Positions 48,295-59,089 of a stretch of 64,000 nt of DNA are shown here, piece after piece. This DNA comes from an uncultured Flavobacteriales bacterium. Lineage in GTDB: Bacteria; Bacteroidota; Bacteroidia; Flavobacteriales_D; Crocinitomicaceae. The translations under genes and the position numbers were made by a program. The stretch's first letter is position 1. Every line of letters starts with the position of its first letter. The DNA lies in contig CAJAII010000002.1 of NCBI GenBank assembly GCA_903939755.1, positions 490 through 64,489 on the forward strand, in the 5' to 3' direction. Under the pieces are notes generated by a model. It was not told the origin of the DNA, did no database searches, and saw only the letters and a program-made list of their open reading frames with translations.

Positions 48295-49416
48295 TTATTT
48301 TTTTACACAGCTAGAGAAAAGCTCTCCTTCAAATAAGTCTCTAAAATCTTTTTCGAATTGGAACCATGGATCCACTTTTCTTAAGATCTCACACCCTTTC
48401 TCAGCATTTTTATCTCTTTCTCTTAGGATGATTGCTGAATACATAACACCATATTTTAATACTTTAATGTCTGTTTCCGTAAGCTGAATAGTTGCGCCAA
48501 GCTCGTTTATAAAACTATTAGTGAATTTTCCATCAATTTCTATGCGTTCATATTTCAATAATTTTGGTATTTCAGTCGACCAAATTACGTTTGCTGCTTT
48601 CGCATTCTTCATTTTGTATTTATAGTAGGCTTCCAATAAGTTTATTGAAATTGGATTTAACGTTGTTTGTTTGTATAAATCGATCGCTTCACCCAAGTCT
48701 GGAAGTTTACCATCAAGATGAACTTCTAAGTATTCACGTAATAAATACCCCTCTAATTCATTTATGAAATTTTGATGCTCTACATCATTTAACACGCCAT
48801 TTTTGTCCAATTCTACTGCTGATTGTAAAGCTGAAATGGATTCTTCTAAGGCACTTTCGAATTCAGGTTCTGCATTACCTTCTTTCACTAAGCCGTATAA
48901 ACCTTTGGCCAAAAACAAGTAGGGGGTAGGGTCATTTGCGTATTTTGGTTTTGCAATGAAATCAGAAGCTCTAAGCGTTAATTTCTCATAATTTGGCTTT
49001 GGTTTTTGAGCAAATAGCGCTGCTAATTCAGGGAATACACTTCGTACAGTAATATAATCTTCGATTTCTGTTTCGATTTCTGTTTCATTGTCGGTATTTT
49101 TATCGAAAACCACGGTTAATGTAATGGTATAATTTCCTAATCGATTAAATGTCACTTTGATTTTTTCGTTGGTTTCACTTGATCCTTTCTCAAAATCCCA
49201 ATCTTTTCCTTTGGTGCCACTTATAGCCCATAGATAACTTGGCTTGCCTTTTGTATTTTTTAATATACTTTTCAATTCTACAATATTTTCGGGCTTTACA
49301 ACTCTTTCGAATACAGGTTCCACGAGTCTTTTTGCTGCGGTTATTTCAGCTGTTTGAGCACTAAGAAATAGGGAACTAAAAAGTGATAAAATAGCGAGTA
49401 AAAATATTTTTTTCAT
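48295..49416 (-). CDS. Secreted protein of unknown function (N-terminal Ig/PKD-like module, helical C-terminal part)
   Basis: Signal peptide MKKIFLLAILSLFSSLFLSAQ. No recognisable catalytic motif. Confidence 0.6.
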   Translation of the reverse strand: MKKIFLLAILSLFSSLFLSAQTAEITAAKRLVEPVFERVVKPENIVELKSILKNTKGKPSYLWAISGTKGKDWDFEKGSSETNEKIKVTFNRLGNYTITLTVVFDKNTDNETEIETEIEDYITVRSVFPELAALFAQKPKPNYEKLTLRASDFIAKPKYANDPTPYLFLAKGLYGLVKEGNAEPEFESALEESISALQSAVELDKNGVLNDVEHQNFINELEGYLLREYLEVHLDGKLPDLGEAIDLYKQTTLNPISINLLEAYYKYKMKNAKAANVIWSTEIPKLLKYERIEIDGKFTNSFINELGATIQLTETDIKVLKYGVMYSAIILRERDKNAEKGCEILRKVDPWFQFEKDFRDLFEGELFSSCVKK

Positions 49417-49465
49417 AGATAAAAATTTGGGGCAAATATTTCAAATTCTATGCCGAATTTACAAA

Positions 49466-51595
49466 TTAATTGTGACTTGATAATAAGAGGGATAATATTT
49501 CTTGTGCTGCTTCGGCTAAAACTGTCCCAGGACCATATATACCGAATACCCCCTCTTCTTTTAAAAAGGAATAATCTTGTTTAGGAATGACCCCTCCAAC
49601 AACTACTAGAATATCCTTTCTATTTCTATCTTTTAAAGCTTGAATCAATGCAGGAACTAAGGTTTTATGTCCAGCAGCTAATGATGATACGCCTACAATA
49701 TGCACGTCATTTTCAATGGCTTGCTTGGCTACTTCATCAGGTGTTTGAAATAATGGCCCCATGTCAACATCAAATCCTATATCGGCAAAGGCGGTTGCTA
49801 TTATTTTGGCGCCCCTATCATGGCCATCTTGTCCCATTTTTGCGATTAATATGCGGGGTCTTCTACCTTCTAATGAAGCAAAATTGTTACATAATTCTTT
49901 TGCTTTAATAAATTGTTCGTTTTTCATAACTAGTTTTTCATAAACGCCGCTAATGGTATTTATTTTGGCTTGATATCTACCATATTCATTTTCAATGGCA
50001 TCTGATATTTCTCCAAGGGTGCATCTTGCTATAGCGCATTTTATGGCGAGGTCTAGTAGATTGGTTTTGCCATCTTTTGCTGCCGCTTGTAACGTTTTTA
50101 GTAATGTTTCTACTTTCTGATTGTCCCGATTGGCTTTTATTTCTTTCAGTTTTATTACTTGCTGTTTGAGTACTTCCGTATTATCTACATCTCTCAATTC
50201 TAGCGTTGAATCTTCAAAATTTGTGAACCGATTTACGCCAACAATGACATCCATTACTGAATCAATTTTAGCCTGTTTTTTTGCAGCAGATTCTTCAATT
50301 CTCATTTTTGGAACGCCTTTTTCAATTGCTAATGCCATCCCTCCTAAATCTTCTACCTCTTTAATGAGCAACTCTGCTTTCTGTATGAGTTCTTCTGTCA
50401 AATATTCTATGTACAAACTACCGCCAGTTGGATCAATAAATTGAGTAATGCCAATCTCATGCTGTAAATATAGCTGTGTATTTCGCGCGATACGAGCTGA
50501 AAAATCGGTGGGTAATGCAATGGCTTCATCCAATGCGTTGGTGTGTAACGATTGAGTTCCACCAAGTACGCCAGCCAATGCTTCAATGCAAGTTCGAGTG
50601 ATGTTGTTGAATGGATCTTGTTCTGTCAATGACCATCCCGAAGTTTGACAATGTGTCCGTAAAATAAGTGATTTAGAATTTGTTGGCTCAAATTGGTCTA
50701 CAAGTTTGGCCCAAAGTTTCCGTCCGGCTCTAAGTTTGGCGATTTCTACTTGGAAATTCATGCCTATGGCCCAGAAAAAACTGAGTCGTGGAGCAAATTC
50801 ATCAATGGTTAAGCCTGCTTTTAATCCTGTTCGAATGTATTCCAAACCATCTGCTAAGGTATAAGCAAGTTCAATCGCAGCTGTAGCTCCGGCCTCGTGC
50901 ATGTGATACCCTGAGATTGAAATTGAATTGAATTTCGGCATGTTGTTCGAACAATAGGCGAAAATATCAGCAATAATATTCATGGATGGCTTAGGCGGAT
51001 AAATGTATGTATTCCGAACCATGAATTCTTTTAATATGTCGTTTTGTATCGTCCCAGAAAGGGTTTTTATTTCAACGCCTTGTTCGATGGCTGCACCAAT
51101 ATAAAATGCTAATATTGGCAACACTGCTCCATTCATTGTCATTGAAACTGACATTTCTTCAAGGGGTATGTCCTTGAAAAGAATTTTCATATCTTCAATC
51201 GTATCGATGGCTACACCTGCTTTTCCTACGTCGCCAATCACTCGAGGATGATCAGAATCATAACCACGATGGGTGGCTAAATCGAATGCAACTGAAAGTC
51301 CCTTTTGACCTTCTTTAAGGTTTTTTTTATAAAATGCATTCGAATCTTCAGCAGTCGAAAAACCCGCATATTGTCTAATCGTCCAAGGTTTTGATAAATA
51401 CATGGATGCGTATGGACCTCTTTTAAAGGGGTATTTTCCTGAAAATTCGTTGTTGTCCTGATTAAGATTACTCGGATAGTCGAAAAGGTTAGGAACAGAG
51501 ATTCCATCATTGATTTCCACCGATATTTTTTCGATAAATGGCACATCGATTTGTTTTCCTTGCCAATTTATATTTTTGAAATCAATCCTTTTCAT
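49466..51595 (-). CDS. mutB: Methylmalonyl-CoA mutase large (catalytic, B12-binding) subunit
   Basis: 709 aa. [14 protein letters not shown], and the C-terminal B12 domain [16 protein letters not shown] (DxHxxG). Confidence 0.92.
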   Translation of the reverse strand: MKRIDFKNINWQGKQIDVPFIEKISVEINDGISVPNLFDYPSNLNQDNNEFSGKYPFKRGPYASMYLSKPWTIRQYAGFSTAEDSNAFYKKNLKEGQKGLSVAFDLATHRGYDSDHPRVIGDVGKAGVAIDTIEDMKILFKDIPLEEMSVSMTMNGAVLPILAFYIGAAIEQGVEIKTLSGTIQNDILKEFMVRNTYIYPPKPSMNIIADIFAYCSNNMPKFNSISISGYHMHEAGATAAIELAYTLADGLEYIRTGLKAGLTIDEFAPRLSFFWAIGMNFQVEIAKLRAGRKLWAKLVDQFEPTNSKSLILRTHCQTSGWSLTEQDPFNNITRTCIEALAGVLGGTQSLHTNALDEAIALPTDFSARIARNTQLYLQHEIGITQFIDPTGGSLYIEYLTEELIQKAELLIKEVEDLGGMALAIEKGVPKMRIEESAAKKQAKIDSVMDVIVGVNRFTNFEDSTLELRDVDNTEVLKQQVIKLKEIKANRDNQKVETLLKTLQAAAKDGKTNLLDLAIKCAIARCTLGEISDAIENEYGRYQAKINTISGVYEKLVMKNEQFIKAKELCNNFASLEGRRPRILIAKMGQDGHDRGAKIIATAFADIGFDVDMGPLFQTPDEVAKQAIENDVHIVGVSSLAAGHKTLVPALIQALKDRNRKDILVVVGGVIPKQDYSFLKEEGVFGIYGPGTVLAEAAQEILSLLLSSHN

Positions 51596-52869
51596 TTGCT
51601 CTCAAGTTTTTCGTATCTGAAAGTTTCCATACCAAGGAATGTTTGTTCTTTTATCCAATCATTTTTTGCTGGATTTGAATTTTGATAAACATTCATTCCA
51701 ATGATCTTGGTTTCCTTTTTTGTAAAATTAACCGTTCGGATTTTTACTGTTTTTTTTACCATGGAAACTAAATATTCTATTTTTTTTGATGAATTTATGT
51801 GATTAAAATGTTCTAATTCCTTGAATGTATTCCATGCGGCATCTCCAATTTTATCGGTCAAATTTTCTATATAAAAACTGCCACGATAGGCATCCTTAAC
51901 TAACTTAAGGTAACTTTCTTCTTTTAATATGGAAGAGATATTGAGCGCCATGCGTTGCGTAAAAGTTGAATCTCCTTGGAAGCTTCTTTTATCGTAAGGA
52001 TGAATTTGAAGGTAATCTATCCCGCCGATAATAGCAGAAAGTGCCTCGGTTGTTTGTCTAAGTTGATTAGTATTTGGATCTTTTAGTGATTTATTTGTCC
52101 ATCCAATTTCACCAATTACTTCATATGAATTGGTAGGGATATCATATTGCTGTAAAATAGTTTGAACTAGTCCTTTTAATGCCCTGAACTTTGCTATTTC
52201 AATCATGAAATTTGATCCCACACCTATATTTAATTGAAAAGAAATATCTTTTCTATTTTCAAGTAATAAGATAACTTCATGCAGCTGGTTGGTAACGTAT
52301 GCAAGTTCCTGTTGTGAATTAGCGCCACATTGTTGAAGTGCAAATCCATCAATTTTTAGTTTAATGGGAATTTTTGCTCCTGAAATAATACTTAAAACGT
52401 CTTTTGGATCTTCCAAAGCTGAAAATTGAATCGAAATAAAAACATTGGGTTGATTTGAATACCATTCTTGGAGTGACTCCAGCAACGTTAGATTCGTGAT
52501 TTGAATAATTGTAGTTATGTACTTGAATTCTATATCATTAAACAATTCAGACCAATTAATTTCATTCTTTAATGGGGCAATTACCAGGGTATCTGCACCA
52601 TTCATTAAAACTTCTAATAAATTTTTGTTGCTTGCTAGTTCATCCAATACTTCGTTTTCTGAACTAATTTTCCAATCATTCGTAATTGTTTGCGTTAGGT
52701 AATTCGGTGAATCATATGAATGGTTCAATCCATCTTCAAGTGAGATGCTTAAGTCCTCAATTTCATTGTAAATTTCATCGGTGATTTGCTGTTTACTTAG
52801 TTCGTTAAGAACCTTTTGTTTCCAGACAAATGTTTCATTAGTTGAATTAGTAGAATCAATGGTTGGCAT
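51592..52869 (-). CDS. Methylmalonyl-CoA mutase small-subunit-like protein (short form)
   Basis: Barrel-domain similarity (FRALKGL..., [21 protein letters not shown]). ATGA overlap with the large subunit. ATG at 52869. Confidence 0.7.
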   Translation of the reverse strand: MPTIDSTNSTNETFVWKQKVLNELSKQQITDEIYNEIEDLSISLEDGLNHSYDSPNYLTQTITNDWKISSENEVLDELASNKNLLEVLMNGADTLVIAPLKNEINWSELFNDIEFKYITTIIQITNLTLLESLQEWYSNQPNVFISIQFSALEDPKDVLSIISGAKIPIKLKIDGFALQQCGANSQQELAYVTNQLHEVILLLENRKDISFQLNIGVGSNFMIEIAKFRALKGLVQTILQQYDIPTNSYEVIGEIGWTNKSLKDPNTNQLRQTTEALSAIIGGIDYLQIHPYDKRSFQGDSTFTQRMALNISSILKEESYLKLVKDAYRGSFYIENLTDKIGDAAWNTFKELEHFNHINSSKKIEYLVSMVKKTVKIRTVNFTKKETKIIGMNVYQNSNPAKNDWIKEQTFLGMETFRYEKLESK

Positions 52870-53068
52870 GTCCAATTTTTATTTTTCAAATATACGACAG
52901 TTGTGGTAAAGATTCATATGCATATTTGATTTAAGATGCGTCTTGTTGTCGTTTGTAATTTTTTTTTAATAATAAATGATTATTATTATTCGTCCTTTTT
53001 GAATGATTATTTTGCTTTATACTATTTAAAAGATGTAATTTTATTTTTATTTTATTTTAAACCGATTG

Positions 53069-53917
53069 ATGATTGTTGTTTTCTCTTCATTTTATTTCGT
53101 CAGGAAAAATCTAGCTTTAGTTCTTGTTTTTTTCTTTTCATGTCAATTTATTCAGGCGCAAGGATGGTTACCGATGGGAAGTCGTTCTCATGCTTTGGGT
53201 AATGCAAGTGTAGCTATTGAAGATATTTGGGCTTATCATCACAATCCTGCCAATTTGGTAGCAATTGACAAGATTTCTTTTGGATTGTCTTATGAAAACA
53301 GATTTTTGCTTAAAGAACTTCAATCTCAAGGTTTCGTTTTAGCCATGCCATTAAAGGCTGGAGTTATTTCCGTCGGTGCTCAAACTTTTGGATATAAGAA
53401 TTTTAGGACCAATAGAATTGGGCTTGGGTATAGTATGAAATTGTCTGATTTTTTGTCGTGTGGGGTTCAACTGAATTATCACCAGGTGCGCTTAAATGAG
53501 CCTTATGGTCGAAAAAACACCTTGACTGCCGAAGTGGGATTAAAGGCAAGAATTACAGAAAATTGGAAAGTTGCCTTTAGTGTCTTTAATATTACCCGAA
53601 CAAAGATTTCCGACTATAACGAGGATAGGTTGACAACATTGATGCGTTTAGGTACTCAATATAATTTTTCTAAAAAAGTGATGGTTGTCGCGGAGCTTGA
53701 GAAAAACATCGAGTATCCGTTGAGATTTAAATCGGGAGTTGAGTATAGTCCGATGAAAAAATTATTTTTACGTGGTGGCTTCGCAACTAATCCTATAGAA
53801 TTGAGTGCTGGAATTGGGTATCTTTTTAAAGAACAATTTCAGATTGATATGGGAACCGCTTATCATCAAGTCTTAGGTTGGTCGCCTAATTTTTCATTTA
53901 TATATCAAATGAAATAA
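53069..53917 (+). CDS. Outer-membrane beta-barrel protein, PorQ/PorV (FadL-like) type
   Basis: Signal peptide ending in AQG. GSRSHALGNASVAIEDIWAYHHNPANL motif. Alternating beta pattern to the C-terminus. Confidence 0.55.
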   Translation: MIVVFSSFYFVRKNLALVLVFFFSCQFIQAQGWLPMGSRSHALGNASVAIEDIWAYHHNPANLVAIDKISFGLSYENRFLLKELQSQGFVLAMPLKAGVISVGAQTFGYKNFRTNRIGLGYSMKLSDFLSCGVQLNYHQVRLNEPYGRKNTLTAEVGLKARITENWKVAFSVFNITRTKISDYNEDRLTTLMRLGTQYNFSKKVMVVAELEKNIEYPLRFKSGVEYSPMKKLFLRGGFATNPIELSAGIGYLFKEQFQIDMGTAYHQVLGWSPNFSFIYQMK

Positions 53918-53919
53918 AA

Positions 53920-56010
53920 ATGAATAGAGGCTTCCTTTGGGTGTTTTTTGTTTTTGTTTCCATTAGCTCGTTTTACAGTCAGGTAAAAAGCGAGGTAATT
54001 CAGCAACGAATAGAATTTATTTCTGAACAATTGCAATCAGAAGACATTGATTTGACAAATTACATTGAGCAATTCAATTATTTTTTTGATCATCCAATTA
54101 ATTTAAATGAAACCAGTGGCGAAGATTTGTCAGAATTAGGTTTGTTGACAAGTATTCAGATTAATGATTTACTTCTTCATCGAAAATTATTTGGCAAGTT
54201 CATTTCTATATATGAGTTACAAAGTTTGACTTATTGGGATTTATCAACCATTCAATTATTACTGCCATTTATCCGTATAGACGATAAATTGGACAATCTT
54301 CACATCTCACTTAAAGAAGCATTGAAAGGTGGTAAATACGAAACCTTCTTGCGCTATCAGCCAATGATTGAACAAAAGGGTGGTTATGTAAAAGTTTCAG
54401 ATTCGATAATGGCGAATTCCAACAACTATTACAAAGGAAATGGAGATCGTTATTATACTAGGTTCCGCTATACTTATAAAACGAATATTAGTGTTGGAGT
54501 AACGGCTGAAAAGGATGCTGGAGAGCAATTTTTTAAGGGGGCACAAAAAAATGGTTTTGATTTCTATTCAGCACATGCTTTTTTTAAAGGTGGTAAATAC
54601 CTTCGTTCAGCGGTTATTGGTGACTACCAAGTACAAGTAGGTCAGGGATTAAATCTTTGGTCGAGTTATGCATTTGGTAAAACATCAGATTTTGCCACAA
54701 TGAAGAGGACGGCAATTCCCATCCGTCCTTACACCTCTGTTGATGAAGCCCGATTTTTACGTGGCTTTGCTGTAGATTATGGGATCAAAAATTTCTCATT
54801 ACTTGCTTTTGTTTCTTCAAAGCGAGTAGACGCCTCTTCGATTGCTGATTCTACACTGGACGATCTTGAGTTTATATCAACGATTGATTTATCGGGTTTG
54901 CATCGCACAAATAGGGAAATATCAAAAATGAATTTGTTGCGAGAAAACCTTGCTGGATTAAATCTCAAATATAGTAAAGCGGGCTTAAAGGTTGGGGTTG
55001 CTGCCGTTTATCAAGGATATGATAAGCCCTATGAAAAGTCTGTGCAGTTATACAATCAATTTGATTTTCGTGGTCAACAAAATTTTTCATATAGTGCTGA
55101 TTATTCATACAACATAAAAAATATTAACCTTTTTGGTGAGGTATCAAAAGTATGGAATAGTGATCTTACTCAATTCAAATCTGGATGGGCAATGGTTCAT
55201 GGTGCTATGATTGCGCTTGATCCCAGAGCAAGTATTGGTATCTTATATCGCGATTACCAAAAGGATTATCAAACTTTTTATAATGCTGGATTTTCTGAGG
55301 GAAGTAATACTCAAAATGAAAAAGGACTTTATGCAGGATTGAAACTAAAACTCGCTTCCGCTTATTCGTTGGTTGCTTATGCCGATATTTTTCAATTCCC
55401 TTGGATGAAGTATGGAGTAGACGCTCCGTCTCATGGACATGAATTCTTAATACAGCCGAGCTATAAGCCAAACAAAATATTTGAAATTTACTTTCGATTT
55501 AGGCAGCAATTACGTCAAAAAAATAGCAGGGAATATAACGGAAACGTTACCCCATTGGAGGATGTGTTACAGCGAAATTATCGATTCAACCTTTCTTATG
55601 TTATTAACGAATCTTTTACTTTTAAATCTAGGATCGAATTTGTTACAATTGATCGTATGAGTACAGGACATAAAACTGGGATGTTAATTTCCCAAGATTT
55701 ATTGTATAAACCAAAAAGTTTCCCATTGGATTTTTCTTTGCGTTATGCGTTGTTTGACACTGAAGATTACGATACGAGGATGTATTCATTTGAAAATAAT
55801 GCACTATATGCTTTTGCGGTTCCGGCTTACTACTACCAGGGAAGTAGGGCTTATGTTCTAATTCGTTATTCTTTCTTACGTCATTGTGATTTATGGGTGA
55901 GGTACGGTGTGTTTTTATACAATAATCGTACCTCCATAAGTTCCGGAGCTGAGGGAATATTAGGAAGTCGAAAGTCTGATCTTATCGTTCAGTTGCGAAT
56001 TACATTATAA
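53920..56010 (+). CDS. Helix-hairpin-helix domain protein fused to a large predicted outer-membrane beta-barrel
   Basis: Signal peptide. ComEA-like HhH segments (GEDLSELGLLTSIQINDLLLHRKLFGKFISIYELQSL), followed by about 550 aa with alternating aromatic/polar beta-strand character. Confidence 0.65.
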   Translation: MNRGFLWVFFVFVSISSFYSQVKSEVIQQRIEFISEQLQSEDIDLTNYIEQFNYFFDHPINLNETSGEDLSELGLLTSIQINDLLLHRKLFGKFISIYELQSLTYWDLSTIQLLLPFIRIDDKLDNLHISLKEALKGGKYETFLRYQPMIEQKGGYVKVSDSIMANSNNYYKGNGDRYYTRFRYTYKTNISVGVTAEKDAGEQFFKGAQKNGFDFYSAHAFFKGGKYLRSAVIGDYQVQVGQGLNLWSSYAFGKTSDFATMKRTAIPIRPYTSVDEARFLRGFAVDYGIKNFSLLAFVSSKRVDASSIADSTLDDLEFISTIDLSGLHRTNREISKMNLLRENLAGLNLKYSKAGLKVGVAAVYQGYDKPYEKSVQLYNQFDFRGQQNFSYSADYSYNIKNINLFGEVSKVWNSDLTQFKSGWAMVHGAMIALDPRASIGILYRDYQKDYQTFYNAGFSEGSNTQNEKGLYAGLKLKLASAYSLVAYADIFQFPWMKYGVDAPSHGHEFLIQPSYKPNKIFEIYFRFRQQLRQKNSREYNGNVTPLEDVLQRNYRFNLSYVINESFTFKSRIEFVTIDRMSTGHKTGMLISQDLLYKPKSFPLDFSLRYALFDTEDYDTRMYSFENNALYAFAVPAYYYQGSRAYVLIRYSFLRHCDLWVRYGVFLYNNRTSISSGAEGILGSRKSDLIVQLRITL

Positions 56011-56210
56011 TCATCCCGCTTATTTTTTATAATTTAATACAAATAGTAATATTTATTGTATTGATAATCAATTGATTATTTTAAAATAGCAAAATATTTT
56101 CTATTTATTTTTATTTTTCGTTGTAACATCTGTTTAAGTAGAGCGTTATCGATTTGTAAGGACTGCAAGCTTTACTTTCTCCAAGTTTAATTAAATTAAA
56201 ACTAAGTACT

Positions 56211-56783
56211 ATGGCTATGAACATGATGTATTTCCAAGACAGTTTACGTCTCGAAGAAGAACACCAAATTATTGAAAAGGCGAAGTTAAATCCTTCTCAT
56301 TTTGCTCCTTTGTACAAAAAATACTATGAATCTATTTTCAGGTATGTAAATAAAAGAGTAGATGAGGAAGAAGTTGCTTACGATATCACCTCTTGTGTTT
56401 TTGTGAAAGCTTTAACCAATCTTAGCCGATACGAATTTCGTGGCGTTCCTTTTTCTTCTTGGTTGTTTCGAATCGCAAAAAGTGAATTGTATCAGTCTTT
56501 TCGGGATCAAAAATCCCAACGAACTGTAAAAATAGATACTATTCAAGTAGCTCAATTGATAGAGGATTTTGTTGAAGAGTATTCTGAAGAAAATAAAGCA
56601 AAATTGCTTAAATGTTTGCCAATGCTTAAAGAAAATCAATTGCAATTGATTGAAATGCGATTTTTTGAAAAGCGTTCATTCAAGGAAATTGGAGAAATTA
56701 TTGGATTAACAGAAAATAACGCGAAAGTTAAAACTTTCAGAGCATTAGTGAAACTAAAAGAACATTTTAACAAGTCTAAATAA
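56211..56783 (+). CDS. RNA polymerase sigma-70 factor, ECF subfamily
   Basis: Region 2 (FAPLYKKYYESIFRYV...SSWLFRIAKSELYQ) and region 4 (LIEMRFFEKRSFKEIGEIIGLTENNAKVKTFRAL). Confidence 0.88.
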   Translation: MAMNMMYFQDSLRLEEEHQIIEKAKLNPSHFAPLYKKYYESIFRYVNKRVDEEEVAYDITSCVFVKALTNLSRYEFRGVPFSSWLFRIAKSELYQSFRDQKSQRTVKIDTIQVAQLIEDFVEEYSEENKAKLLKCLPMLKENQLQLIEMRFFEKRSFKEIGEIIGLTENNAKVKTFRALVKLKEHFNKSK

Positions 56784-56789
56784 ACGATT

Positions 56790-56972
56790 ATGATAAAAAT
56801 TTATATCGACAGAAAAGAGGTAACGTCAGATGAAATTAATTCACGTCAAGATTTTAAGAAAATTTTGGCCTCGTTACCAGAAAAGAAAAATTGGAAAAAT
56901 CCATGGTTCTATGGAGCAGTAGGTTTATCCTCAGTAATAGGTACTATTTCTTTATATTTTTTGTTGATGTAG
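56790..56972 (+). CDS. 60-aa single-pass membrane protein (possible minimal anti-sigma partner)
   Basis: Starts 6 nt after the sigma gene. C-terminal TM segment WFYGAVGLSSVIGTISLYFLL. A terminator follows directly. Confidence 0.45.
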   Translation: MIKIYIDRKEVTSDEINSRQDFKKILASLPEKKNWKNPWFYGAVGLSSVIGTISLYFLLM

Positions 56973-56991
56973 ACTTTAAAGATCACGCAAA

Positions 56992-57049
56992 AACCAACAT
57001 GAACCACTTACTAATTTTTTTAGTAATTAAGGTCTATGTTGGTTTTTTT
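56992..57049 (+). terminator. Rho-independent terminator after the sigma operon
   Basis: aaccaacat (56992-57000) pairs with atgttggtt (57036-57044), then a T-run. The loop contains a second small hairpin. Confidence 0.55.
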
Positions 57050-57078
57050 ATTTATATTTGAGGATTAATATTAAGAAA

Positions 57079-57999
57079 ATGAAAACATTAGCAATTATCT
57101 CGTCATTTTTCCTTATTTCTACCTTATCTGCGCAGCATGTAAATTTTAATTCTCAGAAAAATTGGTCGCTGAACAAAAAAGAATTGCAATTTGGTTTTGG
57201 TGCTACTCAATTTAATGGCGACTTAGGTGGTGGACCAACAGAAGGAATTGATAATAGTCCTAAAGATATCGATTGGAAGTCAACCGGAATTTCAGGAATG
57301 GTTGGTTTTCGTTACCGTTTTCATCCTCTTTTTTCTACAAGCTCCACATTGAGTTTTTCAACGCTAAAAGGCGATGATAAATATTCCGAAGAAACCGTAA
57401 GAAAAGCAAGAAATCTACATTTCAAAAGTGGTGTTCTTGAATTTCAGCAAAAATTGGAGTTCATAGTGTTCTCTAAAGAACAATTCAGTCCTACTTATAA
57501 TTCTCCAGGAGCTCAAGCAGTTAAAAATAGAAATCAACAATATTACATTTTTGGAGGTTTAGGCGTTGCTTACCATAATCCAAAAGCACTATACCAAGGT
57601 GATTGGGTTGCTTTAAGACCACTGATGACGGAAGGACAAGATAAAGCATATAGCCCTTTTGTTTTAACAATTCCTATGGGTATTGGTTTTAGAATGGGTA
57701 TTTCTAAAATGTGGAGAATAGGAATGGAAGTTTCTTATGTGAAGACATTTACTGATTATTTGGACGATGTAAGTACTGTATATGCAGATCCAGCCAATTT
57801 GTCTCCTATAGCTGCTGCAGTTGCTGATGGTTCAGGAGGAAATCCTGGATATTCAGCGGGATATAAAAGAGGAGATTCAAAGGACAAGGACGCTTTCTAT
57901 CACTTAAATTTAGTTATCACTCGTAATATAACATATAAAGATTACGGTCGTCAGCGTTCAAAAGCAATTTCAAAATCTTCCGGTAAATACAAAGTTTAA
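57079..57999 (+). CDS. Outer-membrane beta-barrel protein of unknown function (DUF6089-like)
   Basis: Signal peptide MKTLAIISSFFLISTLSAQ. Alternating beta-strand pattern. Confidence 0.55.
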   Translation: MKTLAIISSFFLISTLSAQHVNFNSQKNWSLNKKELQFGFGATQFNGDLGGGPTEGIDNSPKDIDWKSTGISGMVGFRYRFHPLFSTSSTLSFSTLKGDDKYSEETVRKARNLHFKSGVLEFQQKLEFIVFSKEQFSPTYNSPGAQAVKNRNQQYYIFGGLGVAYHNPKALYQGDWVALRPLMTEGQDKAYSPFVLTIPMGIGFRMGISKMWRIGMEVSYVKTFTDYLDDVSTVYADPANLSPIAAAVADGSGGNPGYSAGYKRGDSKDKDAFYHLNLVITRNITYKDYGRQRSKAISKSSGKYKV

Positions 58000-58033
58000 T
58001 AGTCTTTATATTTTTATCCTTTGTTAAAGTTAT

Positions 58034-59089
58034 ATGATTTTATATAACCTTTTTAGGTCTCTTGTTTTTTTACTTCCTGCTGAAAAAGCCCATTATTTTA
58101 CTATAAATCTGCTGAAATTAAGTTTAAAAGTACCTTTCTCTAAGCTACTTTTTAAAAAGTTGTTTTGCTTAGAATCACCCTTAATTCATCGAAGAGTTTT
58201 TGGTATTGATTTTTCAAATCCTATTGGTTTAGCGGCTGGTTTTGATAAAAATGCTACTTGTTTTAATGAAATGGAATATTGCGGTTTTGGATTTGTAGAA
58301 ATCGGTACCGTTACACCTTTGGCTCAAGATGGTAATGATAAGCCACGTTTGTTTCGATTGAAAAAAGATAAAGCCATTATTAACCGAATGGGTTTTAATA
58401 ACAATGGGATGCTAGAGGCTGTGGAGAACTTAAAAAGGAAATCTCCTACGTCTAAGTTGATAATTGGGGGCAATATTGGAAAGAATAAAATTACTTCCAA
58501 TGAAAATGCCATCGATGATTATATTGTTTCGTTCAAGGCTTTATTTGAATACGTAGATTATTTTGTTGTCAATGTTTCATCACCGAATACGCCGGATTTA
58601 CGTGCTTTACAAGAAAAGGAACCCTTAAAAAAAATCCTTGCAGCCCTGCAGCTTGTAAATGAATCCTACCCGAAGAAAAAGCCCTTATTATTAAAAATTG
58701 CACCTGATTTGTCAAATGAGCAATTAGACGATATTGTTGAAATTATGCTGGAGCTTAAGATGGATGGCATTGTGGCTACGAATACAACAATTCAACGTTC
58801 GGGACTTCTGGCTGATGATCTGCAAATTGAAAAAATTGGAGCAGGTGGTCTTTCTGGTAAACCATTATCTCACAGATCAACCGAGGTTATTCGTTATATT
58901 CACCAAAAGTCAAAGGGGGCATTTCCAATAATTGGTGTAGGGGGAATTCATTCTGTGGAAGATGCATTGGAGAAATTAGATGCTGGAGCAAGTTTACTGC
59001 AACTTTATACGGGTTTTATCTATGAAGGGCCCATGTTGAATAAGCGGATTAATAAGGCTATTTTAATTAGATTGAACAATGAGCAATAG
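58034..59089 (+). CDS. pyrD: Dihydroorotate dehydrogenase (quinone), class 2
   Basis: [37 protein letters not shown] and GVGGI. Confidence 0.92.
   Translation: MILYNLFRSLVFLLPAEKAHYFTINLLKLSLKVPFSKLLFKKLFCLESPLIHRRVFGIDFSNPIGLAAGFDKNATCFNEMEYCGFGFVEIGTVTPLAQDGNDKPRLFRLKKDKAIINRMGFNNNGMLEAVENLKRKSPTSKLIIGGNIGKNKITSNENAIDDYIVSFKALFEYVDYFVVNVSSPNTPDLRALQEKEPLKKILAALQLVNESYPKKKPLLLKIAPDLSNEQLDDIVEIMLELKMDGIVATNTTIQRSGLLADDLQIEKIGAGGLSGKPLSHRSTEVIRYIHQKSKGAFPIIGVGGIHSVEDALEKLDAGASLLQLYTGFIYEGPMLNKRINKAILIRLNNEQ

Noticed and set aside
52870-53068. Possible cobalamin riboswitch upstream of the methylmalonyl-CoA mutase operon
   Set aside because: The region is extremely AT-rich, has no B12-box-like GCCACUG core and no GC-rich helices. 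It looks like a plain divergent promoter region.
52936-53202. 88-aa plus-strand ORF in the AT-rich region upstream of the barrel gene
   Set aside because: It has a low-complexity Phe/Leu/Ile/Tyr composition from AT-rich DNA, and it overlaps the start of the better-supported barrel gene in another frame.
56064-56079. Perfect 16-bp palindrome ataatcaattgattat upstream of the ECF sigma gene, as a candidate operator
   Set aside because: By a rough estimate, one or two perfect 16-bp palindromes are expected by chance in 64 kb of this AT-rich composition. It is also about 130 bp from the start codon. Not significant on its own.
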